From NCBI GenBank assembly GCA_907165135.1, contig OU015570.1:1612001-1676000 (forward strand): 64,000 bases of DNA, read 5' to 3'. The notes under the pieces are model-generated. The model was given only the letters and a program-made list of their open reading frames with translations, was not told the DNA's origin and searched no databases. Both the position numbers and the translations under genes were made by a program. Source of the DNA: Oikopleura dioica. Lineage: Eukaryota > Animalia > Chordata. Within the stretch, counting starts at the first letter, position 1; every line of letters starts with the position of its first letter. Below are positions 46,175-58,822 of this stretch, in pieces.

Positions 46175-47410
46175 ATGTATGAAGATGCAGTAAACAGTCT
46201 TGTTTACCAGGAAAGAAGTTTAGCGACCCACCCAAACCTGGCAAGATGGATTTCGGGACCTGGCTTCTCAATTGCAGTATTCCTAGGAAGAGTTGCGGAG
46301 AGATTCAACTTAGCAGAACCGACAATACAGCCCCAAGCGGTCAACAGATTTGTGAAGAAAACAATGCTATTTTTGCATCCTGATAAGAACCTAGAAGTGA
46401 ACGAGGAACAGAGCGAACTACGGACCCGGTTGCTTTGCGTTAAAGGGCTAGTCACGGACAATTTCGAAATCATTTCGAAAATTGAGCGCGATCTGGAAGA
46501 GAAACGAAGAAGACTACAAGAACGAAAGAGGATGAAGGAACAAAGAGAACGCGAAAAAGCCGTAAAACAAGCGCAAGAAGAAAAGCGAAGAAAGGAAGAG
46601 CAAGACAGACTTAAAAAGGAAAAGCGGGAGCGGGAGAAACGACAGGCACAGGCAAAGGCCGAAGAAGAAGAGCGTAAAAGGAAAGAAGAAGAAGATCGTA
46701 AAAGAAAGGAAGAAGAAGATCGTAAAAGAAAGGAAGAAGACGATCGTAAAAGGAAACGAGAAGAAGAAGAAGAAGAACGTAGACGAAAGGATACTCGTAA
46801 ACGAGAAGAAGATGGGTCAGAACGCGAAGGTAATAAAAATAATTATGGTCAGGAACGGAACGAATGGAACGGAAGCACAGAAGGAATGGAATGGGACTCG
46901 AACACAAATGAACAATGGAACAACAGACGACGCTATGAGCGGCAAAATATGAGAACGTCACGGGAACAGGAGGCATTAAGAAGAATTCGGGATTTTAGAA
47001 GAACCATTCAAGTCCCGCCCACATCTTCGATAGGACCACTCTTGGCCTTGGAACACTGTGAGTCTTTGATGGAACAGCTTCCTCAAGAATATACAGTTGT
47101 GTACGAAAGTGAACTTTTCTTGGTCGTCCTAAAACAAAGACTCCAAATCCAGAAAAGATGTTTCGTCAAAACGCTTCTTCGGAACAAAGAAACATTAAGG
47201 AGTATTGGGAACGTTGGAACTCTGGAACTTGGTCGGCTTGGCCCGATCAATGTGGCGAATGTAAAACTGAACGATGGCAGAACTTTTCCAATGATTCAAA
47301 ATATTTTTACACTCCCGAGTTATCTTTCGTCAAGGCGCATCTCAATGCAGCCGTGGACCCAACAAATTTACAATCTTGGCGAACGATTGTACGATATCGT
47401 AGAAGACTGA
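46175..47410 (+). CDS. accessory ORF with J-domain-like HPD motif and charged coiled coil
   Basis: Intact 411 aa inside element 3; 'AVNRFVKKTMLFLHPDKN...LRTRLLCVKGLVTDNFEII' (HPD at 46376); EEEDRKRK repeats. Confidence 0.7.
   Translation: MYEDAVNSLVYQERSLATHPNLARWISGPGFSIAVFLGRVAERFNLAEPTIQPQAVNRFVKKTMLFLHPDKNLEVNEEQSELRTRLLCVKGLVTDNFEIISKIERDLEEKRRRLQERKRMKEQREREKAVKQAQEEKRRKEEQDRLKKEKREREKRQAQAKAEEEERKRKEEEDRKRKEEEDRKRKEEDDRKRKREEEEEERRRKDTRKREEDGSEREGNKNNYGQERNEWNGSTEGMEWDSNTNEQWNNRRRYERQNMRTSREQEALRRIRDFRRTIQVPPTSSIGPLLALEHCESLMEQLPQEYTVVYESELFLVVLKQRLQIQKRCFVKTLLRNKETLRSIGNVGTLELGRLGPINVANVKLNDGRTFPMIQNIFTLPSYLSSRRISMQPWTQQIYNLGERLYDIVED
46660..46790 (+). repeat. 24-bp coding tandem repeat (EEEDRKRK, ~4 copies)
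   Basis: GAAGAAGAAGATCGTAAAAG(A/G)AAG units. Confidence 0.85.
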
Positions 47411-47580
47411 AGGAACAAAAACGAACAACATGAATTCAGATAGATGACCCTTTTTGATTTAAGACCCTATTCATTTTTTTTCTCTGTACACTAACCTTTA
47501 TTCTATTATAACTGTATCTGAATGTACTAACCATATACCACTTTCTGAACCTGTGTACATTTCCCCCCCGGAGCCCCGAG

Positions 47581-47787
47581 TGTAGTAGCTAACTCTCGAG
47601 TGTGGCGCTCTTCGGGAGCTGACTCTATTTTTATCACTTGAATTATGATCAGAGCTCTCTCGGATCAGGACCTCAGTCCAACTTACAACCTGTTTCTGAA
47701 AACACCATCTCAAAATAAATCAACTTTTATAAAACAACTCTAGAGACTCATCATTTAGCAGACACATCTATTCAGCAGGTTACAACA
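47581..47787 (+). repeat. 3' LTR of element 3
   Basis: Matches the reconstructed 5' LTR at about 97%. Confidence 0.95.
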
Positions 47788-49188
47788 AGATTTGACTGCG
47801 CGGTCACCAAATTATGAGAACGAAAGTCTTGAAAGTTCGCTTCGACATATAGAGCGTTTCAATCGTAAATTAACGACGAGTGAAAGATATTGTCACAGTG
47901 CTGTTTTTATGAATATTCGGCTCCAAAACCCTTATGTTCGAGATGAATGGACTTACCTGCGTAATGTTATTCGAAGTAAAGTTGTTCTCAGTCGCTTAGG
48001 CTATAATTATTGACACTCCCACTGATTACAAAAAAGAGCAAAAATTGAAATTCTTGCGCCGCAATGCCATGATAAAATTTCCAATGTCGAAAATTATGAC
48101 TTGGACAATGATGCCGGCGTTGTTTTCAATTATATTATAAGGGAAACAGGAGTTAACTTAAAATTTGAAAATTTTTTCAGCTAACGCTCAAAGGGATCAA
48201 GAGATACCAGATTTTATTGAAGCTTGGTCGCCAAAACTCGCTGAAATTCTTCTTGGTGATACTTAGGGACTATCACGGGAGCGCGAGGGCCCAATTTTCG
48301 CTTTCCCAACTACCCGAAATAGCCATTCATTTTTCTTGATTTTTCCGACAATATATGTTTTCTTACCTGCTGATTTCAAATATGATTGAAAAATTGGCAA
48401 AAAAATATTGAATATTATGAATAATATCGAATTTATCTTTCAAAGATCGAAAAAGTATAGAGCTCGTCTTGCCTCGTCATTCTTATTTTGATATGTTCTC
48501 TATCAGACCCTTCTTTTTAATCTTTCAAAAAATAAATTTACTTGGTTCTACTAGTCGGCCACAATCATCAGATTAGTAAGCAAAAGTGACGGCGCGCTAG
48601 TGCTTTACACGCTGCGCGGGGAGCCCGAAAAGCATTAGCGCGCGCCATAATCTCAGTGGGTGCTTGTTTTGACCCAGTACACGGAATCAGATGCAAACAA
48701 TACCGGGTGATTAACACAAAAAAGTTCCCGGATTTTTTTGTATAACCTTGCATCCCTTTTAGTTTTTTTTTTTGATGGCGACCAAACAGAAAGGGAAAAT
48801 AATATAAGAGGAATTCTCCAAACGATCGAATATATTTCTCAAAACTATTTAACTCATCTTGATGAAAACGAGAGTGGAGGCGATCATGGATGGTTTCTCG
48901 TTTTGGCTAGAAAAGGATAATTGACCATTTTATTTGCTCAAGAGGCTAACAGTGATGTTTGCAAGTGCCTTTGTATTTTACCTGAGCTTGAGCGCGGGTA
49001 CACTCTCTGAACTCGGGTCAAGCGTATTTGACAAGACGAACTGATTTTTGTTTTGGCTTTTCATCGCGCTTGTCATAGAAAGTTTTAAACCTGCCATAAG
49101 AGAAATTCGATCGAAGGCACTGCAATGGGCGCTGTTGAAATTTTGAACTAAGAAAATTCATTCTCTTAAAAATAAATTTGCTGCAAAA

Positions 49189-49452
49189 ATGTCGCAAAAA
49201 GAAAAGAGAATCCGCATGACATTGGCCGAGAAAAAAAGATATGCAGAGATTATAGTGAAGACGCCGGAGAAGAGTGATGCAAAGAAGATTATTAATGGGC
49301 TATTTCGAAAGACACATGATGGAAAAGACATTTCGACGCGGTTGGAGGTGGAAGAAGTACCACAAGTTCTAGTAAGAGAAGATGCCGACGCTGAAAAGCC
49401 ATCGACTTCAAAATCGCCAAAGAAGCAGCCGAAAATAACGGTTTTTTGTTAA
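49189..49452 (+). pseudogene. truncated pogo/CENP-B-like HTH N-terminus (copy at 56504-56776)
   Basis: 'KRIRMTLAEKKRYAEII' resembles HTH_psq-type starts; no DDE domain follows. Confidence 0.3.
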
Positions 49453-50231
49453 AAAGTAAATCTGTGAATAAAAATTGAAAAAATAGTGGCCTAAAGTTGG
49501 ATTTTTTCGGATGACAGATTTCGGAGATTTTTCAAAAAAGTGGCCTGAAGTTGCTCGGCCTTAAGTTGGGGTTTCACTGTATCAATGGGCAATTTATAAA
49601 TCTTTCTTTGAAAAAAGAAATACGGCTTACGCGGCGTCCACCCTAGCCGCGAGAGAAATGCCTGAGGGCGAATGCAGCGCTGTGCGCTTCGCGCCGCGCA
49701 AAAATGGTCAAAAATAGACCTTCAATCGTGAATTACAGTATGTTTGTCATCTGCTTCCCAAAATTTATCAACTGAATATTTTTCACCTCAATCGAAATAA
49801 TATATTTATCAAAAAATTTTCTGGGAAGCTTGTGACTAACATGTATTTAACATATATTTCCATATATCTCTTCAACCCTTTAATTTTTTTCTCTAAAATA
49901 TGTTTTTAACCTTTTAACAGATATATTAAACCTGTAAAAGTTTGAAAACAATACGATTTGTCTATCAAAAGATAGTATTTTTGGGCGCGAACGCTACAAA
50001 CAGGGAATCTTCAATGTCAAGAAATCTCCATTTTTAGATGTAAACTTATGTTCATCATCATCATCCATAAGTGGTTCGAAATAGATTACGACCTCTAAAA
50101 ATTTGAGAGAACTTTTCGTAAACTGGAAGATATTGTGCTCGACGTCGCTCTCTGTGAAAGTGAAGAACTTGAAGGAATTCCATGTGGTTTCCAACAAGCA
50201 TTTTGAAGGAAAATTATGAATGTCCTAGGGT

Positions 50232-53200
50232 TAGGGTTCCGCACGATTGGACCAAAAATTTATTTTTTAATAAAATTTGGAGATTCCACCAAAAATATGC
50301 CAAGGAACTCATTCCTGGTCTCTGTTTTCCCCAAAAATCCCCCCTTCAGCCCTTTTTAGGGCTTCAAAGTAAATTTTGCCAAAGAGGCCTGCTGCGCGCT
50401 GATTGGCTGGCGCTCGTCGCGGGAATATAAATCGGGTAATGCTAACCACCGTCGACCTGGAGTTGGCTGAGTGGTGAGCGCTTCTCTTTGCAAAGAGGAG
50501 GCGGCGAGCTCGAAGCCAGCTCGAACGCACCCCCTTTTCCATGTTTGGCTTTCTAGCTTCAACATGGAAAACGCGGATGGGCCTCGAAAAAGAAAAATTC
50601 TTTTTGAGATTCGAGCTCACGCCCGTCCGCCAATCCTTTTTGAAGGACTGCGCTCACCACTCAGCCAACAGCTACTTGGGGGGTGGTCCCGTTTACCGAG
50701 TTTCGACTCGAAATTTCCGGAGTCAAAGTTTCCGGACATTTTTTGGATTTTAATCAATCCCCCCGATTTCGTCAACTTTGACTTCGAACTACTTTTTTTG
50801 GTCGGTTTTTAAAGGTTTTTAAAGGATGAGGGCTCATTTTGAAAATAGCAAAGTTTCGAAATCTTCAAAAATGGGATTCTCAGATTATTAATGAATTTTC
50901 TTGAAATTTTTACTTGTTTATATTCTGCCTATTTATGATATGCTTATTATTTATTATTTTCGAAATATTTTTTGCTTTATATATTATCTGGTTATTAGAA
51001 TTTAGTCATTATAAATGATAGACACTTTAAAAAAGCGAAAAATGATCAGAAATAGCATCATTTGGGCCCAATTCTGATGGAAAATTTTTATTTTTGAAAA
51101 AGCGGCCAAATTTAAGCTTTCTATAGAGCCCTTATTCGTCTAATTCTATCGACTCTCAAAAGTGGAAAAATTGCGGGACCCTGCGAAATTGAGTGAAAGA
51201 AAAAAGAGAAGTTATAACGACATAGTGATTTTCAGAATTTACATTTTAAATTTACTGTGGAACAATGACAGATTTTTTAAATTTTCGCGGTATGAGCGCT
51301 AGCTGGCGTTGGTCTTCCTGTAGGCTTCTTCTTTTTCTCTCTTCGCGCTGAGTTTTCTGGCTTCTAAAAGCCGCCATCAGCTTCGATTCTGCTTCGTGCG
51401 GCTTAAGATCATCCAGCCATTCATTCAGCTTGTTAAATTTGGCTCGCCCGTTTTCGTACATCTTTTCGTGGCATAGATTTTGGATTGATTTCTCAAATCC
51501 CTTGAGAGTGGCGAAGGACGATTCTTAATTAAATTCAGATATGCTTTATTCAAAAGAAAATTACCGACTGCTCTGTTCGAGCAACTAATTTTTCTGTCGT
51601 CTGGCAAGTTCAAATTCTTTAGAAGCCCGAAATCCTTCATGTATTTCTTCAGACTTCCACCGACAACAGCAACAGCAACAGTGTTCAGTCGCTTGATTCT
51701 TGTTGCGGAAACCTTCTGGAATCTTTCTTCAATCAGTTCCACGGTTTTTAGATTCCTCGGATGAAGACATCAGAGCCGCCTGATCCAAAAGACACGAATA
51801 CGGCTCGTTTGAATCAACAATCGTCTTCATTCGCTGAATCACTGACTGGAACAAGTCTTTCAATCCCAGGAAAGACAGAGCTTCGTTGTTCACCTTTGAG
51901 ATCTTCTTGTGGAAATGATTGATGTTCGCGCAGTAGTTCAGGAACAATGTTGCAGCGTCGAGCAAAACCCCATTATCTCGACCGGAGCAAAGTTTGTGGA
52001 TCTGGTGAAACTTGCTGTCCTCAAAACTTCTTGTCATCATGTGCTTTGTCGCGTTCATCACCGTCGGAAAATGTCTCACAAGAGCGCCCGAGTTGCGACA
52101 GTCATTACCGAAGCGCTTGCCTATTAACATTAATTGAGAAAAATCATTCGAAGGAAGTTACCTAGATCGTGAGAGAAAATCTTTGTTCTGGTGCTCTCCA
52201 AATCGTATTTAAGAAGCAGCTGAAGCGATCGGCGACCATCCTGTTGGACGTACCCAAATTTTTCTGGTTTTCCGAAGACACTCTTCACAAGTTCCAGTAA
52301 GGTAAATGCTTCTTCATTGACCTCTTTTAACGCAGAACAGCTGTTCTTGTCGCAGTTCGAAACGCAGTGCATCGCACAAAAGAGTGATGGAGGTGCTTCC
52401 TTGTTGATTTCCCGCGTCAGTTTTTCTGCAACGATTGCGTTTGCGTTGATTTGAGCTGACTGCTGGTCAGACATAAGGAGATCAATCTTCTCGCCGATGA
52501 CTCGTCCCAAACTGGTCTTGTTTATGATCGCAATCATTTGGTCGGCAATTATTTGACTTGTACCTCCGATCGAACGCTCGGTTCCGATGAGATGAAGCTT
52601 GCCAGACTCGTCTATCAGCCCGACTGAAATCGTTTTGGATGCATCTAACATGGCTGCGCCGTCACTTGCGAGGTGGAATCGTTTGCCTTTAAGAATGACA
52701 TCTTTGGTGTGCTCTTCGTTCAAATACTTCAATGAATCACGAAGTCGCTCAAACCAGTCAGGCGATGGAACTCTTTTTTCTTCGCCCAGAAGCTCGGGAT
52801 AATACTTTGCTGTCGTTTTAAAGAAATTGTGGATGCTACTTGCTGTTTCTCCTTTAATAAGCATTTCCAGCGACAAGTTGATAAATTTGGGACTCCAAGT
52901 TCTGTTATCACCACCTTTTCCGTTACTAGGAAGTTTCCCGCTGCGAAGAAAAATATCGGTGATCGGCGATTTATCTTTAACCAGTTCCGGCTCATCATTT
53001 GCTTCCTGGATTTTGTCGACAACTTCATCTTCTTGGATTATTTCTTCTGATTCAGGCATCCATTTTTCCTCAAGCTCACCAGAATCTTCAATGAACACCT
53101 CGTTCATTTTGTCGTTGTTGTCTTCGTTGATTTCAGTCGTTTTCAATATTTGCGACAGACCAGTCGATCGGGTTCCAAGATCTTTCGCCGCAAAAGTAAC

Positions 53201-54727
53201 GCAATCTTCCTTCGAAAAACTCGTTTTCGATTCGAAACCAGTGCTCAAGGTCTCGACGAACCTGATTTTTTCTTTGTCAATTTCATTCCTTTCAAGCAAT
53301 TGTCAAAGACAAGTTCTGGTTGGTTTGTGATGATGTCTATGAAGGAGGATAGAAAAAATAACTTAGATGTATCATACCTTCGAGATAGGGAATTATCGCT
53401 GAATAAAATCCAGAAGTGTTTCTCGAATGTTTCTTTGCAATTTTCTCCAATTCTTCGGAATTCTCTAATATAGTTTCGAGGTATTCTCTTGAAAAGCCGG
53501 TGAATCGGACTTTCGTGTTGGAAGGCTTAATAATAAGCGGTGCGCGAAGGAACTTCATAAAAGATCGCTTGTTGAAAGAAAACATCTTGACGATAAAATT
53601 GAGAAAATTTACTCGCTCAATGATTCAAAAATTCGAATGAATTTTATTGCGTTAAAAAGTTAGGCTGAAATTGTAATCTAGAAAAAATTAAGTTTTCGAG
53701 AAAAAAATGCTTTTTAATTTCTAGAACTTCTACGTCAAGAAAAGACTGAGACAGCACATCAAGCGCAAGAACAGAAACTTTATTTGAAAGAGAGTAGAGT
53801 TTCTTAAAGAAGAGACAGCTATCATTTTTCGCCCCTAGTCCCCCTATTTAAGGGATCCCCCGATCTCACCAACTTTGACCTCTATCTACTTTTTTGAGCT
53901 TACGTAGCTGGTTTTGGGCGCATTAGAAAGCCCGCTTCGAAAGGAGCAAATTCTGGTAGAATCAGCTTGCCAGCAAAACATTCGCTTATGCATTAGAGGC
54001 CGTCAAAGTGATTAACATTTTGAAAAATGGCCATTTTAGGTCATTTTTAAATCGTATCTACTTTTTTTGGGCTTTGGGATTCAAAATCTTTTTCGTTTAT
54101 CTAAAAGTATAGACGCTAATCTTTATTTTTTGGTAGAATCAGCATGATCGGATAAGTTAAGAAACGCGACGAATGTTTTTTGCACAGTTGGACAGTCACT
54201 GGCGATAAACTTGGTGGATAGATACTTCTGCAGGTCGATTTGCACTTTGAGAGGGGCATTAGACCAAAGTGAGGGGTTGAATTTTGAGGCAGTTTTTGGA
54301 TTTTTTTAATTATTCTAATAAGTTCTTTCTGGTTTCATAAGAATAATCATTCTTCCGTTATAAGAGGGCCTCCAGAGGCTGCTTCGTTTTTAACCAATCA
54401 GAGCGCACCTAGCTTTCTCACGGCGATTCATAACAAACTGCTAGAATTAAAACTACCAGCACAAGAAAACGGTGAATTTTTAGAGAAACTTTCAAAAGAA
54501 AAATGATTTTTTATTTTATCGCTATCATAATTTGGCAACGCGAAGTTTGTGCTGCCACTAGAAGTATGAAAAACCGAGAGAAATCGGCGACTCCGATGGT
54601 GAATCGGAATATTAATATCATCATTTTTTCGCCGTATTCGAAAACCTAAACTTTATAAAAGTCAATTCTTAATACAATAAGGATTTGGATTTTGAAAAAT
54701 AAGGTCCTCCAATCGTGCGGAACCCTA
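50232..54727 (-). mobile_element. full-length hAT-superfamily DNA transposon
   Basis: 20-bp TIR TAGGGTTCCGCACGATTGGA at both ends; 8-bp TSD CCTAGGGT (50224-31 / 54728-35). Confidence 0.93.
51252..53585 (-). pseudogene. hAT-like transposase with short introns and frameshifts
   Basis: 'HLASDGAA' (D1), 'LMSDQQS' (D2), 'FCAMH' (CxxH), C-terminal 'SNRAV...NEWL'; ~41-nt GT-AG introns near 53340-53378 and 52120-52160; frameshifts near 51745 and 51500. Confidence 0.75.
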
Positions 54728-54989
54728 CCTAGGGTTATTGTCTACTACGTCGTTAAGTGAACTCGTCTCTTCCTTTGTGTGGGCAGCATTCCATATGCCA
54801 TACACATTCGTTACCTTTACTTGATGATGGAGTGATGGCATAGTAAATTTTTGTGACTTTCCGAAAATTCACCTGGACCAACAAAGGACACATTTGATTC
54901 AAGACCGATCCAGTCTTTGACAAAAAATTAAAATAGTTCTTTGCCTGCAGGTTTATGTCTTTGCTATTCTCATAACAAACGAGGTTTCT

Positions 54990-55548
54990 TCGGAAGGGTT
55001 CCTCTCGTGTCCATTTCGAGAAATGTACCTCTCGTGTCCATGCACCTCTCGTGGCCATATACCTCTCGTGTCCATATACCTCTCGTGGTCATGACGTAGA
55101 GACTTGCGATCACGGAGCATTTTGATGATAAGTTGGGTCTCCAAGCATTTTTTCAAGGATACTATGAGAAGGTCCTTTTGATTGAGTTAAAATTTCAATA
55201 GTTTCAAGTAAGAATAAGTAAATTTATTTGCACAAACCAGACAAAATTCTCTTTAGAATAAGAGGCAAATGTATGAGGGTACTATATTTAATATAGTTAT
55301 CTTTTTCAGGTTTTTCGATTAAACAAATTGTTTTCATCAATTCATCTCGATTTTTATTCATATAAAAACTTAATTTATGACCTCTTATTATAAATATATA
55401 AAGCGTGTAAGCACTCTCTTTGAGGAAATTGGGAGACCCTAAGTTTCATAAGCCGGTGAGTAATGACCACGAGAGGTATATGGCCACGAGAGGTGCATGG
55501 ACACGAGAGGTACATTTCTCGAAATGGACACGAGAGGAACCCTTCCGA
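54990..55548. mobile_element. 559-bp MITE/foldback element with repeat-built TIRs
   Basis: Arms 54990-55092 and 55463-55548 start TCGGAAGGGTTCC and carry 5 and 4 CCTCTCGTG(T/G) cores; TSD TTTCT. Confidence 0.85.
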
Positions 55549-57555
55549 TTTCTTCGAGAGAATTCAGGAAGATGTGGAGAGAATTGAACGTTTAACACGA
55601 CTTGCTGGTCTGCGTCGGTGTAATATGTGTGTTTGGTGCTATTCGTGAGGATTATCCCCAAATTCTGTAAGTTTGCGGTTCCGGATCTGGTAAAGTTGAG
55701 AAGTTGTAGAATGATGCATATTATGCTGGTCAAATTATTTTCTAGGCCGCAAATCATATCGGCGTTGAGGGTCTGTGTCTTCAGAAATCTGTAATGGGGA
55801 ATTATCAATCGGGCAATAATCGAAAGCCGTTTAAACTTCCTTTTCGATTGGGAATTTACTTGGTTCTACTAGTCGGCCACAATCATCAGATTAGTAAGCA
55901 AAAGTGACGGCGCGCTAGTTCTTTACACGCTGCGCGGGGAGCCCGAAAAGCATTAGCGCGCGCCATAATCTCAGTGGGTGCTTGTTTTGACCCAGTACAC
56001 GGAATCAGATGCAAACAATACCGGGTGATTAACACAAAAAAGTTCCCGGATTTTTTTGTATAACCTTGCATCCCTTTTAGTTTTTTTTGATGGCGACCAA
56101 ACAGAAAGGGAAAATAATATAAGAGGAATTCTCCAAACGATCGAATATATTTCTCAAAACTATTTAACTCATCTTGATGAAAACGAGAGTGGAGGCGATC
56201 ATGGATGGTTTCTCGTTTTGGCTAGAAAAGGATAATTGACCATTTTATTTGCTCAAGAGGCTAACAGTGATGTTTGCAAGTGCCTTTGTATTTTACCTGA
56301 GCTTGAGCGCGGGTACACTCTCTGAACTCGGGTCAAGCGTATTTGACAAGACGAACTGATTTTTGTTTTGGCTTTTCATCGCGCTTGTCATAGAAAGTTT
56401 TAAACCTGCCATAAGAGAAATTCGATCGAAGGCACTGCAATGGGCGCTGTTGAAATTTTGAACTAAGAAAATTCATTCTCTTAAAAATAAATTTGCTGCA
56501 AAAATGTCGCAAAAAGAAAAGAGAATCCGCATGACATTGGCCGAGAAAAAAAGATATGCAGAGATTATAGTGAAGACGCCGGAGAAGAGTGATGCAAAGA
56601 AGATTATTAATGGGCTATTTCGAAAGACACATGATGGAAAAGACATTTCGACGCGGTTGGAGGTGGAAGAAGTACCACAAGTTCTAGTAAGAGAAGATGC
56701 CGACGCTGAAAAGCCATCGACTTCAAAATCGCCAAAGAAGCAGCCGAAAATAACGGTTTTTTTTGTTAAAAAGTAAATCTGTGAATAAAAATTGAAAAAA
56801 TAGTGGCCTAAAGTTGGATTTTTTTCGGATGACAGATTTCGGAGATTTTTCAAAAAAGTGGCCTGAAGTTGCTCGGCCTTAAGTTGGGGTTTCACTGTAT
56901 CAATGGGCAATTTATAAATCTTTCTTTGAAAAAAAAGAAATACGGCTTACGCGGCGTCCACCCTAGCCGCGAGAGAAATGCCTGAGGGCGAATGCAGCGC
57001 TGTGCGCTTCGCGCCGCGCAAAAATGGTCAAAAATAGACCTTCAATCGTGAATTACAGTATGTTTGTCATCTGCTTCCCAAAATTTATCAACTGAATATT
57101 TTTCACCTCAATCGAAATAATATATTTATCAAAAAATTTTCTGGGAAGCTTGTGACTAACATGTATTTAACATATATTTCCATATATCTCTTCAACCCTT
57201 TAATTTTTTTTTCTCTAAAATATGTTTTTTTAACCTTTTAACAGATATATTAAACCTGTAAAAGTTTGAAAACAATACGATTTGTCTATCAAAAGATAGT
57301 ATTTTTGGGCGCGAACGCTACAAACAGGGAATCTTCAATGTCAAGAAATCTCCATTTTTAGATGTAAACTTATGTTCATCATCATCATCCATAAGTGGTT
57401 CGAAATAGATAACGACCTCTAAAAATTTGAGAGAACTTTTCGTAAACTGGAAGATATTGTGCTCGACGTCGCTCTCTGTGAAAGTGAAGAACTTGAAGGA
57501 ATTCCATGTGGTTTCCAACAAGCATTTTGAAGGAAAATTATGAATGTCCTAGGGT

Positions 57556-58796
57556 TAGGGTTCCGCACGATTGGACCAAAAATTTATTTTTTAATAAAAT
57601 TTGGAGATTCCACCAAAAATATGCCAAGGAACTCATTCCTGGTCTCTGTTTTCCCCAAAATCCCCCTTCAGCCCTTTTAGGGCTTCAAAGTAAATTTTGC
57701 CAAAGAGGCCTGCTGCGCGCTGATTGGCTGGCGCTCGTCGCGGGAATATAAATCGGGTAATGCTAACCACCGTCGACCTGGAGTTGGCTGAGTGGTGAGC
57801 GCTTCTCTTTGCAAAGAGGAGGCGGCGAGCTCGAAGCCAGCTCGAACGCACCCCTTTTCCATGTTTGGCTTTCTAGCTTCAACATGGAAAACGCGGATGG
57901 GCCTCGAAAAGAAAAATTCTTTTTGAGATTCGAGCTCACGCCCGTCCGCCAATCCTTTTGAAGGACTGCGCTCACCACTCAGCCAACAGCTACTTGGGGG
58001 TGGTCCCGTTTACCGAGTTTCGACTCGAAATTTCCGGAGTCAAAGTTTCCGGACATTTTTTGGATTTTAATCAATCCCCCGATTTCGTCAACTTTGACTT
58101 CGAACTACTTTTTTGGTCGGTTTTTAAAGGTTTTTAAAGGATGAGGGCTCATTTTGAAAATAGCAAAGTTTCGAAATCTTCAAAAATGGGATTCTCAGAT
58201 TATTTATGAATTTTCTTGAAATTTTTACTTGTTTATATTCTGCCTATTTATGATATGCTTATTATTTATTATTTTCGAAATATTTTTGCTTTATATATTA
58301 TCTGGTTATTAGAATTTAGTCATTATAAATGATAGACACTTTAAAAAAGCGAAAAATGATCAGAAATAGCATCATTTGGGCCCAATTCTGATGGAAAATT
58401 TTTATTTTTGAAAAAGCGGCCAAATTTAAGCTTTCTATAGAGCCCTTATTCGTCTAATTCTATCGACTCTCAAAAGTGGAAAAATTGCGGGACCCTGCGA
58501 AATTGAGTGAAAGAAAAAAGAGAAGTTATAACGACATAGTGATTTTCAGAATTTACATTTTAAATTTACTGTGGAACAATGACAGATTTTTTAAATTTTC
58601 GCGGTATGAGCGCTAGCTGGCGTTGGTCTTCCTGTAGGCTTCTTCTTTTTCTCTCTTCGCGCTGAGTTTTCTGGCTTCTAAAAGCCGCCATCATTTTCGC
58701 CGTATTCGAAAACCTAAACTTTATAAAAAGTCAATTCTTAATACAATAAGGATTTGGATTTTGAAAAATAAGGTCCTCCAATCGTGCGGAACCCTA
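57556..58796 (-). mobile_element. internally deleted (non-autonomous) copy of the hAT element
   Basis: Same TIRs and TSD CCTAGGGT; deletion junction at CATCA microhomology (~58688-58692). Confidence 0.93.
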
Positions 58797-58822
58797 CCTA
58801 GGGTTATTGTCTACTACGTCGT

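Larger units (their letters stand above)
30530..47787 (+). mobile_element. env-bearing Ty3/gypsy retrovirus-like element, element 3 (Tor3/Tor4b-like)
   Basis: 207-bp LTRs TGTAG...CAACA (5' copy split 30530-30639 + 36057-36153; 3' copy 47581-47787; about 6 substitutions); 4-bp TSD AGAT (30526-29 / 47788-91); PBS; gag, pol, env and an extra ORF. Confidence 0.95.

Noticed and set aside
46175-47410. Intactness of the J-domain ORF as proof of selection
   Set aside because: The rest of element 3 has about 7 lesions in about 2800 codons, so a 411-codon ORF would escape by chance roughly one time in three.
54990-55548. CRISPR-like arrays (also 7913-8042 and 20985-21601)
   Set aside because: Repeats abut or have 1-8 nt linkers with no unique spacers; they are inverted subterminal arrays in a eukaryotic context with no cas genes.
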